Assembly: GCF_001194135.2 (NCBI RefSeq)
Contig: NC_069010.1
Location: 9,735,102-9,799,101 of the forward strand
DNA: 64,000 bases
From: Octopus bimaculoides
Taxonomy: Eukaryota
Reading direction: 5' to 3'
The translations under genes and the position numbers were made by a program. Position 1 is the stretch's first letter. Each line of letters starts with the position of its first letter. This document shows positions 51,012 through 64,000 of the stretch, piece by piece. The notes beneath the pieces were generated by a model. The model saw nothing but the letters and a program-made list of their open reading frames with translations. It had not been told where the DNA came from and made no database searches.

Positions 51012-53399
51012 TGCATGTATGTATGTGTCAGGGATTAAGGTCTTTCATCTACAGATAATCCGTAGCATTTAATCCTCGCCATGATTGTGCCGGTGGTGGT
51101 GGTGGTGCTGGTGTTGGGGGGGATGGTGGTGTCACAGTGATCTTCTGTTGTACAGTAATCGCCAGGAGTGGTGGCGGGTTGAAGGAGGGAGGGCGTGGGA
51201 TGCGACTGAGTTCTATTCTTAGGGTATTCACTGCACACACGCACATATACGTGCGTACATACACACATAGACGCATACACACACATATATAGGCACGAGT
51301 ATACGAACATATATGCATAGTACACCTATATACATACTGACACACTCATACACACACATATTGTGTGGTAAGAAGCTTGCTTTTCAACCACATGGTTCTG
51401 GGGTCGGTCCCACTGTGTGACAACCGACGACTGGCCCCCCCATGACAACGTCTCCTTCATTGGACATTAAATTCTGCTTGCGAAGACCTGTTGGGGCAAG
51501 CGAAAGCAAAATTGTGATGGCACCACCGTTCGAGCGTGATCGTTACCAGCGTCGTCTTCCTGGCACTTGTGCCACAGCTTTGCGTTCCTGGCACTTGTGC
51601 CGGTGGCACGTGAAAAGTCACTCGAGCGAGATCGTTGCCTGTGCCACTGGACTGGCTCCTGTGCAGATGGATGGTAAAGAACACCATTTGCTTGTACCAA
51701 TGTTGTGATATATTTTCATTAATTTGTGGAAGTTCATCTTTTTTCTGTGTACTTATTTGTTTCATTTTATTGTCAGTGAATTTTTCGGTGAGCTCTTCTA
51801 TATCTCTCTCCTGTATATTTTTTTTGCTTATGTGTTTTAATTATATTTTCATTGTTCATTGTGAATCTCTTCACATCTGCTAAGGTTATAAAGAAATATA
51901 TTTTTCCATTGTTCTTTATAAATCTCCATACATTTGCTAATGTGTTTTATTAATTGTTCGTTATGAATCTCCGTACATTTGCTAACGTCTGAATTTATGC
52001 TTTCCTCACCGTCGATAATTGATTCATTTGTCTCCATCACCTGTACATCGCGCGTGTTTCATCAGTTTGTGTCTCATCCATCGATACAACAAAAGCTAGA
52101 CCAAACATGGTACGCTGGCCAACATCGTCTGGAACATTCTGCCCTTCCTCAGAAGATCCTCGGTGTAATACTCATCGTATTATTCTATCCCATACTCCTC
52201 GGCTGCTATCTGATCCAACCAAAGTCACGAGTGAGTACTCATTACATTTTGTTTTTTTATTTTGATTTTTGTTTCTGTTGTTGAAGATGTTCGACCCGGC
52301 CCACGCGTTTTTAGTATATAAGCCAAAAGCCAGATGACTCTCTGTCAGTCTGTCTTTGTCTATATATATACATACACGCATTTCATCACCATCATCTTCA
52401 TCATATCATCGCCAATACTATCATCGTTTAACGTCCGCTTTCCATGCTAGCATGGGTTGGACGATTTGACTGAGGACTGGTGAAACCAGATGGCTACACC
52501 AGGCTCCAATCTGATTTGGCAGAGTTTCTACAGCTGGATGCCCTTCCTAACGCCAACCACTCCGAGAGTGTAGTGGGCCTTCGTAACTAACTACCTTCTA
52601 TTCTCTTTCTCTCTCTCTCTCCCTCAGCTTGGCACCATCATCAGCTACCCCTGTATCAAGTTCATTTGTCACAGTCTGTCCTTCACCGCATTCATCACCC
52701 TCATCATCCTCTCCACCCTGGAGATGTCCAGCTACAGCGAAAACAAACTCTCCACATCGCTACCCGACATCTTCGCACAGTACAACCGTTTCTGCAACAC
52801 TTCGCCCGATTCCTCCTACTTTGGTAACGACTTCCCACTGCGCAAGTGCAACATTCAACCAATGGAAATGCTGCTCATTGTCTTCATTGTCGGTGAGTGA
52901 AATATCTCCTTTCTTTCTTTCTTTCTCTTTTACTTGTTTCAGTCATTAGACTCTGGCCATGCTACAGCACCACCTTCAAGAATTTTTAGTCAAATGAATC
53001 GACTCCAATACTTTTGTTTTTATAAGCCTGGCACTTATTCTGTCGGTCTCTTTTGCCAAACTGCTAAGCTATGGGGACATAAAAAAACACCAGTTGTCAA
53101 GCAATGGTAGGAGACAAACACACACACGCACTCTCTCTCTCACACACACACATACATAGATACATATGCGACGGGCTTCTTTCAGTTTCCATCTACCAAA
53201 TCCACTTACATGGCTTTGGTCGGCCTGAGGCTATAGAATAAGACACCTGTCCGAGGTGCCACGCAGTGGGACTGAACCCGGAACCATGTGGTTGGAAAGC
53301 TAACTTCTTACCACACAGCCACTGTATTTTTTATATATCAATTAGTGAAAGAAATTACTAAAGAGTAAAAATATAAAGAGAAACTATATCTGTTCACTG

Positions 53400-53439
<40 letters not shown>

Positions 53440-56357
53440 NNNNNNNNNNNNNNNNNNNNNNNNNNNNNNNNNNNNNNNNNNNNNNNNNNNNNNNNNNNNN
53501 NNNNNNNNNNNNNNNNNNNNNNNNNNNNNNNNNNNNNNNNNNNNNNNNNNNNNNNNNNNNNNNNNNNNNNNNNNNNNNNNNNNNNNNNNNNNNNNNNNNN
53601 NNNNNNNNNNNNNNNNNNNNNNNNNNNNNNNNNNNNNNNNNNNNNNNNNNNNNNNNNNNNNNNNNNNNNNNNNNNNNNNNNNNNNNNNNNNNNNNNNNNN
53701 NNNNNNNNNNNNNNNNNNNNNNNNNNNNNNNNNNNNNNNNNNNNNNNNNNNNNNNNNNNNNNNNNNNNNNNNNNNNNNNNNNNNNNNNNNNNNNNNNNNN
53801 NNNNNNNNNNNNNNNNNNNNNNNNNNNNNNNNNNNNNNNNNNNNNNNNNNNNNNNNNNNNNNNNNNNNNNNNNNNNNNNNNNNNNNNNNNNNNNNNNNNN
53901 NNNNNNNNNNNNNNNNNNNNNNNNNNNNNNNNNNNNNNNNNNNNNNNNNNNNNNNNNNNNNNNNNNNNNNNNNNNNNNNNNNNNNNNNNNNNNNNNNNNN
54001 NNNNNNNNNNNNNNNNNNNNNNNNNNNNNNNNNNNNNNNNNNNNNNNNNNNNNNNNNNNNNNNNNNNNNNNNNNNNNNNNNNNNNNNNNNNNNNNNNNNN
54101 NNNNNNNNNNNNNNNNNNNNNNNNNNNNNNNNNNNNNNNNNNNNNNNNNNNNNNNNNNNNNNNNNNNNNNNNNNNNNNNNNNNNNNNNNNNNNNNNNNNN
54201 NNNNNNNNNNNNNNNNNNNNNNNNNNNNNNNNNNNNNNNNNNNNNNNNNNNNNNNNNNNNNNNNNNNNNNNNNNNNNNNNNNNNNNNNNNNNNNNNNNNN
54301 NNNNNNNNNNNNNNNNNNNNNNNNNNNNNNNNNNNNNNNNNNNNNNNNNNNNNNNNNNNNNNNNNNNNNNNNNNNNNNNNNNNNNNNNNNNNNNNNNNTG
54401 GAGACCTGCCTTCGTCTACGAATTGGCTTCAAACACGGCCGAGTCTCAAAAACGACCAAAAAAAAATGGCGAAGAAAAGCCGAAAATAATATTAGATAAT
54501 ATCGGTAAATTCGCCACAAAAGGCAGGTTTCCCGTGCAAACAAATTACACAACCGAATGCATTAGTTATTGCACAACTTTGACATATAAAAATATAATCC
54601 CAAAAACAACTTTTTAAGGCAATAAAAGGGTGTTAAAACTATGAAGGATTGACCAGAGCTCAAAAACAAATAAAAAAAAATTCGTGTAAAATAACTGGGA
54701 ACGAATTGGAACAGAAACAGAAAACTGCACGCGCTGGCGAACGGGAGTGGGGTGGGAGGAGAGGGAGGGAAGGTTCAGATCGTCAGACATCGTCAGTCGA
54801 TGGCCTCTGAACTGGAAAGGTTTGACCAGAACTCAAAAACGAAATAAAAAATTAGTGTGAATGCGTGCGTTCATGTTCGTGTTTGTGTGAATGCGTGTGT
54901 GCACCTGTGTGTGTGTAAGTAATTGAACGGGTGACTGTGTGTGTATGTGTGTGTGTGTGAAGCAGACACAGAAGAGAAAGGGAGAGAGTGGATCGTAATG
55001 CATCAGTTGTTGCACAACTTCGACATAAAAAAATATAATCCCAAAAACAACTTTTCTAAGGCAATAAAAAGGGGTTAAAACTATAAATGTTTGACCCCGA
55101 GCTCAGAAACGAAATAAAAAAATTAGTCTAAAACAACTTGGCTGTTGGGAACATAGCAAAAGACAAATATTATTCTATATTTTNNNNNNNNNNNNNNNNN
55201 NNNNNNNNNNNNNNNNNNNNNNNNNNNNNNNNNNNNNNNNNNNNNNNNNNNNNNNNNNNNNNNNNNNNNNNNNNNNNNNNNNNCTAGTTCGTACGATATA
55301 CGAGGTTGAAAATGAAAAATATTATTCGTAAGGGAGACAACTCTGTCATAGCTAACGTGTGCGTGTGTATGAATGCGTGCGTTCATGTTCGTATGTGTGA
55401 ATGCATATGGTGTAAGGGAGACAACTCTGTCATAGTTAATGTGTGTGTGTGTCTTTGTATCTGTTTGTCCCAACCCAGTCTGTCTCTCTCTCTCTCTCTC
55501 TATCTATCCATCTATTTGTCCACCTATCTATCTATCTATTTATCTATTTATTTATCTCTCTGTCTGTCTCCCGTAAATCGTTGAGTATAAATCTGCATTT
55601 TATCTCCATAATTTAATGGTCAAAATCCCTAGTTCGTACGATATACGAGGTTGAACATGTGTTTGTGTGAATGCGTGCGTTCATGTGTGTTTGTGTGAAT
55701 GCAAACGTTCATGTTCGTGTATGCGTGTTTGTGTCAATGCGTGTGTGAGCCTGTGTGTGTGTAAGTAATTTAACGGGTGACTTACAGTGTGTATGTGTGT
55801 GTGAACCAGACGCAGAAGAGAAAGGGAGAGAGTGGATGGGAATTGTGAATGTGTGTGTGTGTGAGAGAGAGAGAGACAGACAGAGAGTGTATGTGTGTGT
55901 ATGCATGTTTGTGTATATGTGCGCGTGTTTACTACACATGACTAAACCATTGGTTCCCCATCTGGGATCCGCCGACCCCTGGTAGTCCCCTGGGAGTCCG
56001 TGAACTAAATTCAAAATTTCAAAATACATAGGCGCAGGACTGACGGTTCCGGGTTCAGTCCTACTGCGTGGCACTTTGGACAAGTGGCTTCTGCTATAGC
56101 CCTGGGCCAACCAAAGCCTGGGAGGATTTAGCAGACGGAAAATGAAAGACGTCCGTCGTGTGTGCGTGTGTTTGTCCCCTCACCACCACCATCGCACGAC
56201 AACCGATGTTGGTGTGTTTACGTCCCTTGAGATCCATAGAATAAACGCTAGGCTTTTACAAATTGCTTGCTTTCTGCCAATATTTGAAATTCAATATTTA
56301 TGTCATTCGAGTTCATTTTTTTAAAATACACTTTCAGGTTTCTCTCCTCTGTATTTA

Positions 56358-56406
<49 letters not shown>

Positions 56407-59400
56407 GATTGGCAGACAGCAGAAAGCGTGTGTGTGTGTATAAGTGCATGAACATGCATGCGTAGTTGTGTATATGTGTGCGTGTTTACTTCATACATAT
56501 AAACCATTAATCCTTTTTTCATTTAAGGGACATTTATATTCTTTTCAAAATTTAGTATCACACCTGAACGTAACTGAAAGTATAGGGGGAATATATTATA
56601 TTCAGGTTACATTGTGGCACACTTAGCATCATCTTGTGGCACACCAGTGTGCCGCAGCACTGGTCTAAATAATGTCCAATGTACTAATCATCATCATCAT
56701 CGTTTAACATCCACTTTCCAAGCTGGCATGGGTTGGGCGATTTGACTGAGGACTGGTGAACCAGGAGGCTGTACCAGGCTCCAATCTGATTTGGCAGAGT
56801 TTCTACAGTTGGATGCCCTTCCTAATGCCAACCACTCCGAGAGTGTAGTGGGGGCTTTTTACGTGCCACCAGCACGAGGGCCAGTCAAGTGGAACCGGCA
56901 TCAGCCACGCTTGAATGGTGCTTTTTACATGCCACCGGCACAGGAGCCAGTCCAGTGACACTGACAACGACCACGCTTGAATGGTGGTCAATCAAATTCA
57001 TCTTCTCTCCTCTGTATCCAAAGTTTTGCAATATTCTGCTAACTCAATTGCTTTATTGATCAAGTTACCCTAAATCCTTCAGTATAATCCTAATTTTTCT
57101 CCAAAATTTAAAGGTCAAGATCCCTATTTCATACGATACNNNNNNNNNNNNNNNNNNNNNNNNNNNNNNNNNNNNNNNNNNNNNNNNNNNNNNNNNNNNN
57201 NNNNNNNNNNNNNNNNNNNNNNNNNNNNNNNNNNNNNNNNNNNNNNNNNNNNNNNNNNNNNNNNNNNNNNNNNNNNNNNNNNNNNNNNNNNNNNNNNNNN
57301 NNNNNNNNNNNNNNNNNNNNNNNNNNNNNNNNNNNNNNNNNNNNNNNNNNNNNNNNNNNNNNNNNNNNNNNNNNNNNNNNNNNNNNNNNNNNNNNNNNNN
57401 NNNNNNNNNNNNNNNNNNNNNNNNNNNNNNNNNNNNNNNNNNNNNNNNNNNNNNNNNNNNNNNNNNNNNNNNNNNNNNNNNNNNNNNNNNNNNNNNNNNN
57501 NNNNNNNNNNNNNNNNNNNNNNNNNNNNNNNNNNNNNNNNNNNNNNNNNNNNNNNNNNNNNNNNNNNNNNNNNNNNNNNNNNNNNNNNNNNNNNNNNNNN
57601 NNNNNNNNNNNNNNNNNNNNNNNNNNNNNNNNNNNNNNNNNNNNNNNNNNNNNNNNNNTGATGTTGAATTTGAAGGGTTTGAATAAATGTTTTGGCTTTT
57701 TTTAACTGATAGGGATAAATATATAAAGGCAATTTACTTAATATTTATTTTTCACTGTCGTTATGACTGTTATTTCTTTATTTTCTGCAAACAAAATGAA
57801 CAAAAAAGGCTACACGTTTGCATTATGTTATATATACAATAATAATAATAAAGGAACTTACCGTATATATTGTTTACAAAGCAAGGATGTTTATTTTCCT
57901 CTCCTGTTGCGTGGTGAAAGCGGGAACAGGTTCGTTCCTCGTTGATGGAAAGAGGGAAAGACAGAAACTAAGCACGCGGTGAGGAGATGGCAGAGACGNN
58001 NNNNNNNNNNNNNNNNNNNNNNNNNNNNNNNNNNNNNNNNNNNNNNNNNNNNNNNNNNNNNNNNNNNNNNNNNNNNNNNNNNNNNNNNNNNNNNNNNNNN
58101 NNNNNNNNNNNNNNNNNNNNNNNNNNNNNNNNNNNNNNNNNNNNNNNNNNNNNNNNNNNNNNNNNNNNNNNNNNNNNNNNNNNNNNNNNNNNNNNNNNNN
58201 NNNNNNNNNNNNNNNNNNNNNNNNNNNNNNNNNNNNNNNNNNNNNNNNNNNNNNNNNNNNNNNNNNNNNNNNNNNNNNNNNNNNNNNNNNNNNNNNNNNN
58301 NNNNNNNNNNNNNNNNNNNNNNNNNNNNNNNNNNNNNNNNNNNNNNNNNNNNNNNNNNNNNNNNNNNNNNNNNNNNNNNNNATCTATTTGTCTATCTGTC
58401 TGTCTATCTATCCATTTATCTATCTATTTGTCTGTCTCTCTGTCTGTCTATTTATCTATTTATCTATCTATCTTTCTCTCTATCCATCTGTCTATCTAAT
58501 CTATCTATTTGTTTGTCTGTCTGTCTGTCTACCTCTGCAGGATTCATTGTCCAGGAGCTTCAACAGATCTATGAAGGAGGACTCTGTGAGTACAGTTACT
58601 CCTACAGCAACATCATGGACTTTGCCATGCTCTCCCTCTACACGATGTGCTTCTCACTGCGGTTCTGCATTTTATTCAAGGTTGGTGGACCATATCTAGT
58701 TTCTTTCATATGTGTGTATGTGTATATATATATGCGTATGTGTGTGTATGTATATATGTCTGTGTGCATACATGTACAGGATACATGTATGTATACATAT
58801 ATGCCTGTATTTGTGTGTGCGCATGTGAACAAACATTTAAATTAGTTCACAGAATGTTTGAGTCATATTTGATCCCTAAACAACCATCCAAGGTGGTGGC
58901 ATGTTATTGTCGAGGGAACAGGCCAGATGGAAAATAGCAGACGTCAAAAGATAGAGAACAGATGCCGAAGATGCAAAGAGCGACTCGCACTTCTTCGTCC
59001 CCTACCAAATCTCCTCTGGGATAAATGTCCCCAGCTCTTCTATACAACCCTTGGCCTGAACAGCCATCTTAGACACCGGTACCATTCGTACCCATCAAGA
59101 TGAAGAAGCCCGATTTCTCGCTCCAGATTAACTACTCGGATAGGACCTAATGCAACCACCAACCACAACGATATACTTGCGTCTATCTATCTACCTACCT
59201 ACCTACCTACCTATCCATCTATCTATCTATCTATCTATCTATCTACCTATGTATCTATATATCTATATACCTATCTATCTACCTATCTACCTACCTACCT
59301 ACCTATATATTTATATATCTATCTATGCATATATGTAACTGCTTATCTATCTGTCTGTTTATTTCAACAATTTCATAAAGTATACACATATTTCTACATG

Positions 59401-59929
59401 CAACAAAAGACTATATCTACACACATTCTCAGTCGCCTTCTCTCTCTCTCTTCCTCCTTCTCTCACAGAGACAACAGTCGACTCAGTATCTGCAAGAACT
59501 CTCCAATGGTACCATCGATTTTATGGAGAAATTCTATGATGTATATTGGTTGAATGCAGGTGAGTGTTGATCTCATACACTTCTGAATAAATCACTTCAT
59601 GTACTCACGCACACACACATATACATACCTATATATAACATATGGCCGTTGCCAGTACCTCCTGACTGGCCTTCGTGCTGGTGGCACGTAAAAGCACCCA
59701 CTACACTCTCTGAGTGGTTGGCGTTAGGAAGGGCATCCAGTTGTAGAAACCATGCCAGATCAGATTGGAGCCTGTTGTAGCCATCTAGTTCACCAGTCCT
59801 CAGTCAAATCGTCTAACCCATGCTAGCATGGAAAGCGGACGTTAAACAATGATGATGATGATATACCAGGCCTTTCGTGACACCCTAAAAGAAAGGAACT
59901 TTTCAGCATCCCATCGTATACATACATGC

Positions 59930-59969
<40 letters not shown>

Positions 59970-60570
59970 GCCACCACATCACCACAGCTACCACCACCAC
60001 CACCACAACCACCTCTACCACTCTACCTTTCCACACCAGATCGTTATTATTGGAACAAAGACGACCCAGAGAATGTAGCTGAGGCCTTGTTCGCTGTGGC
60101 AAATATACTCAGTTTCGCCAGGATCTCATACATTCTGCCAGCTAATGCCACCCTGGGACCGTTACAGATCTCAATCGGGAGAATGGTCAAGGTTAGTAAA
60201 CACACTTTTGTTTATTGGTTATTGTTGTTGTTTATCACATCTTTTATAATAATAATAAGGAACTGGATGATTCCTGGTTTACCATCCTTGCAAGAAATGT
60301 AAAAGATTGTTTTAACTGGTAACCGGTCACCCGTACTGAGAAGAACATTGTCACTGTGAATTTTCTTTCTTTTTTCCTCTGTATTTTCTTTGTTTCTTAT
60401 TTTTTCATTTTTCCTTTTTAAAAAAAACATTTTTCTTCTTCTCTTTATTCTTTCTGCCCCTTTTCGTCTGTTACGTGAGTTTGTAAATGAACAATCTGAT
60501 GTACTTATTTTACTGGTCAACATATGTATACAGCAAGACACTCAGCAAGAAATGGAAATAAAATTGAAAG

Positions 60571-60603
<33 letters not shown>

Positions 60604-61230
60604 GTCAAGACAAAGACAGACGTACAGTTGAAATATCGTTGAATAAAATATCTTACAATCGAATCGCGCTCTTCGTCTTGGCTGTTTACCTTTGTGAAGA
60701 GTTATCTCAATCCTTTTTAAAATATAATAATAATAATAATAATAATGATGATGTGCTTATTTATTTTATAACCAGGAGATATTGAAGTTCTTCCTGCTGT
60801 TCTGTTTGGTGTTGGCAGCGTTTATTGTTGGATTGCAGAATCTTTANNNNNNNNNNNNNNNNNNNNNNNNNNNNNNNNNNNNNNNNNNNNNNNNNNNNNN
60901 NNNNNNNNNNNNNNNNNNNNNNNNNNNNNNNNNNNNNNNNNNNNNNNNNNNNNNNNNNNNNNNNNNNNNNNNNNNNNNNNNNNNNNNNNNNNNNNNNNNN
61001 NNNNNNNNNNNNNNNNNNNNNNNNNNNNNNNNNNNNNNNNNNNNNNNNNNNNNNNNNNNNNNNNNNNNNNNNNNNNNNNNNNNNNNNNNNNNNNNNNNNN
61101 NNNNNNNNNNNNNNNNNNNNNNNNNNNNNNNNNNNNNNNNNNNNNNNNNNNNNNNNNNNNNNNNNNNNNNNNNNNNNNNNNNNNNNNNNNNNNNNNNNNN
61201 NNNNNNNNNNNNNNNNNNNNNNNNNNNNNN

Positions 61231-61297
<67 letters not shown>

Positions 61298-61447
61298 TAC
61301 ACATATATATATATATATATCATATGTATATATGTATGTATGTGTATATATGTGTCTTTCTTGCTTTTAACCCTCCAACGCGGAGTATAGGCCACTTATA
61401 ACTGAATTCCATGTCACATAATTTTTCACTTCTGTACTTATAATGTG

Positions 61448-61493
<46 letters not shown>

Positions 61494-62334
61494 TTATTTA
61501 GGTAGCAGTAAGCAAATGTGTACCAACAAGGAGAACTATAACTGTCATTAAATATACTAATACATCTATTTGTTTTCAACACCACCTGTCTTCATCTGTT
61601 GTTTTTTTGTGAATTCTCCCTATATATATATGTATGTATGTATATACACACACACATATATACATACACACATACATACATATCCTATGGAAAATCTGTG
61701 GAGATAAACTTAAATATATATACCCAGAATAAAAACCCTCTTTGCTCATGGATGACCATGGGATTGCACCTAGGAAGTTCCCCTCCGAGGCACAAGCGTG
61801 GACAAGATTGTTTATAGAAGACCATCAGTCACCCAGACTATCCTCTCCATGTCCCCTGATGTTATCCAAGGGAAAGGCAAAGGGGCTGATACAACTTGGT
61901 ACCATTGATATTGCAACTCATTTCTACAGGAGCAACGTGAAATAAAGTAACTTGCTCAAGAACACAACACAATTGAACTCACTATCTCATGATTGAGAGC
62001 CCGATGCTCTAACCACTGAGCCATTTGTCTACACATACACACACAATCACATATGTATAACTAAACGAACATTTCCCGTTGTATATCTTCCTCTTCTATC
62101 TCTCCTAGTTTCATCAGTACATTCCGCACAGCCTTCTGGTCGCTGTTTGGAAGGGGCGAACCCCATGCCGTCCAACTGGGGGACTATGACAACTCCTTCA
62201 CCGAAGACGTCGGCTACGTCATCTACGGGATATACAATATCGCCATGGTAACCGTGCTGCTCAACATGCTGATAGCAATGATGACCAGGTCATTTGAGAA
62301 TATCGCGGTGAGTATCATCATCAGTAGCAGCAGC

Positions 62335-62401
<67 letters not shown>

Positions 62402-63518
62402 TTTCGCCAGTCGCCACGTTCTGAGTTCAAATTCCACCGCGGTCGACTTTACACACATACATACATTTACAAACATAAACACACACACACATATAAGTAA
62501 TTCTGTCTCTCTTTCTCTCTTTCCTTGCAGACCTATTCCGATGCAGAATGGAAGTATGCCCGTAGCCTCCTCTACATGGAATACATGGACGACAGCCTCA
62601 CGCTCCCTGTCCCCTTCAACATTTTGACCGTGCTGAGGGCCATCTTCTCTGTCTTCTGTTCATTCGTGTCCTACTTCCGCAGATTGTGTAAGCATGCACC
62701 TCACTCGAGCAACACCACAGACTGCGGACACTGCCCTGGAGTTGCCATGCAAAGCAAGTCTGGACAGGACAATGTTGCTTATGAGGTTGGTTGCTGATGC
62801 TGTTGTTGTTGTTATTGTTAGCACGCTGGGCAAAATGCTTAGCGGTTCAGATTCCGCCAAAGTTGACTTTGCTTTTTGTCCTTTTGGGGGGTCGACAAAA
62901 TAAGTACCAGTTGAATACTGGGGTTGATGTAATCGACTAGGCCTTGTGCCTTTGATAGAAAGGATTATTATTATTATTATTATCGTTATTAAAGCAGTGA
63001 TATGGTAGAATCCCTAGCACGCTGGGCAAAATCCTTAGCGGTATTTTGTCCCTTCCAGATCAGTTGAACACTGGGGGCCACCCCACCCCCACACTTGCTG
63101 GCCTTGTGCCAAAATTTGAAACCAATATTATTCTTGTTGTTTTCAATATGTTAGTTAAAATGCAGTTGATCTTGGTGGGGTTTGAACCTGGAATCCAGAG
63201 AGTGCACCAAGAAACCACTGGGCATGGAGCAAAGACAACTTGTGTTAAAATCCATTGGTTAACCTCTTTACTAATATTATTACAAAGTCTAATTTGGAAT
63301 ATATGACAAGATGGTCTTGTTTGGAGCGTCTTTTGTAGACCGTGGGTTTGCTCAATCATGGTGTGCCCAGGGCTAAACAACAGCTATAACAATCAGGTAT
63401 TTTAACAGTTCTTTCCCCAACTGACTGACAATAATTGCTCATCTATTTTCAGGTAACAGACGAGAATAGTGTGAGTTATGGCCAAACTGTGTCTTGCAGC
63501 AAGAAGCTGACATATGAG
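47429..63518 (+). CDS. TRPC: Canonical transient receptor potential (TRPC-family) channel, partial at both ends
   Basis: Exons <47429-47500, 47653-48150, 48720-48893, 52066-52230, 52628-52892, 58541-58680, 59469-59559, 60040-60191, 60776->60846 (runs into gap), 62109-62307, 62531-62785 and 63453-63518. Motifs: ankyrin DVNSVDALGRNALTLAI and TPIILAAQKN; Zn-site HKYNCQCTEC; LKLALRYGEKKFVSHP; LGPLQISIGRMV; pore FWSLFG; S6 LLNMLIAMM; TRP box EWKYAR; LPVPFNI. No specific orthologue is assigned. Confidence 0.95.
49869..50469 (+). other. Two orphan canonical exons (18 nt and 186 nt) inside a TRPC intron
   Basis: 49869-49886 (VKLSSI; TTTTCACAG| and |GTAAGG) and 50284-50469 (62 stop-free codons; TTCTCCTTAAATTCAG| and |GTAAGT). 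Both are open in phase 0. Confidence 0.5.
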
Positions 63519-64000
63519 GTAAAGATATTTTGACAATAATCTTCACTACCATCATTATCATCATCAGATAATTGTATTATACCAACGTCGCCCTCCTGAC
63601 ACGTGAAAAGACATTCGAGCAAGATCATTGCCAGTGCACCTGGACTGGCTCTTGTGCCGGTGGCACATAAAATACACCATTTTGTGCGTGGCCGTTGCCA
63701 GTAGCGCCTGACTGGCCTTCGTGCTGGTGGCACGTAAAAAGCACCCACTACACTCCCTGAGTGGTTGGCGTTAGGAAGGGCATCCAGCTGTAGAAACTCT
63801 GCCAAATTAGATTGGAGCCTGGTGTAGCCATCTGGTTTCACCAGTCCTCAGTCAAATCGTCCAACCCATGCTAGCATGGAAAGCAGATGTTAAACGATGA
63901 TGATGATGTGGAGAATTTCTCCAAAGATACAGATCATATACCGACAGGACAAGATCATATATGAAGAGGATACGTTTTGTATCGAAGAGAAGGATTACAT

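Noticed and set aside
51760-52040. Minus-strand ORF with repeated KCxEIHNEQ and a HK..YTGER motif, as a possible C2H2 zinc-finger relic
   Set aside because: It has no intact CxxC...HxxxH unit and is too decayed to support a call.
54600-55830. Local duplications of 100-200 bp blocks in a TRPC intron
   Set aside because: They are adjacent to gaps and microsatellites, so likely assembly or slippage products.

Overview
Eukaryotic, intron-rich DNA with many microsatellites and N gaps. The SINE families, microsatellite load and gene content point to an octopus draft scaffold (inference). The ORF track is mostly repeat and gap noise, so genes were rebuilt by hand from splice sites and reading phase. 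Five genes are supported. (1) The 3' three exons of a D-aspartate/D-amino-acid oxidase ending in peroxisomal SKL (+, 122-1201). (2) A secreted precursor with signal peptide, dibasic sites, a His/Tyr/Gly/Pro tandem repeat and a spliced 6-Cys beta-defensin-like C-terminal domain (+, 5306-8268). (3) A convergent paralogue with the same 6-Cys domain and intron layout but no His repeat (-, 21450-20369). (4) A 7-exon secreted protein with a small Cys domain, a Thr-rich mucin stalk and a catalytically dead trypsin-like domain (+, 28708-36769). (5) A TRPC-family channel running off the right edge (+, <47429->63518). The rest is SINEs, LINE fragments, Tc1/mariner relics and simple repeats. The best candidate for an undescribed system is the pair of small spliced defensin-like genes, one fused to a putative metal-binding His-repeat module. 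Their Cys exons do not appear in the ORF track.
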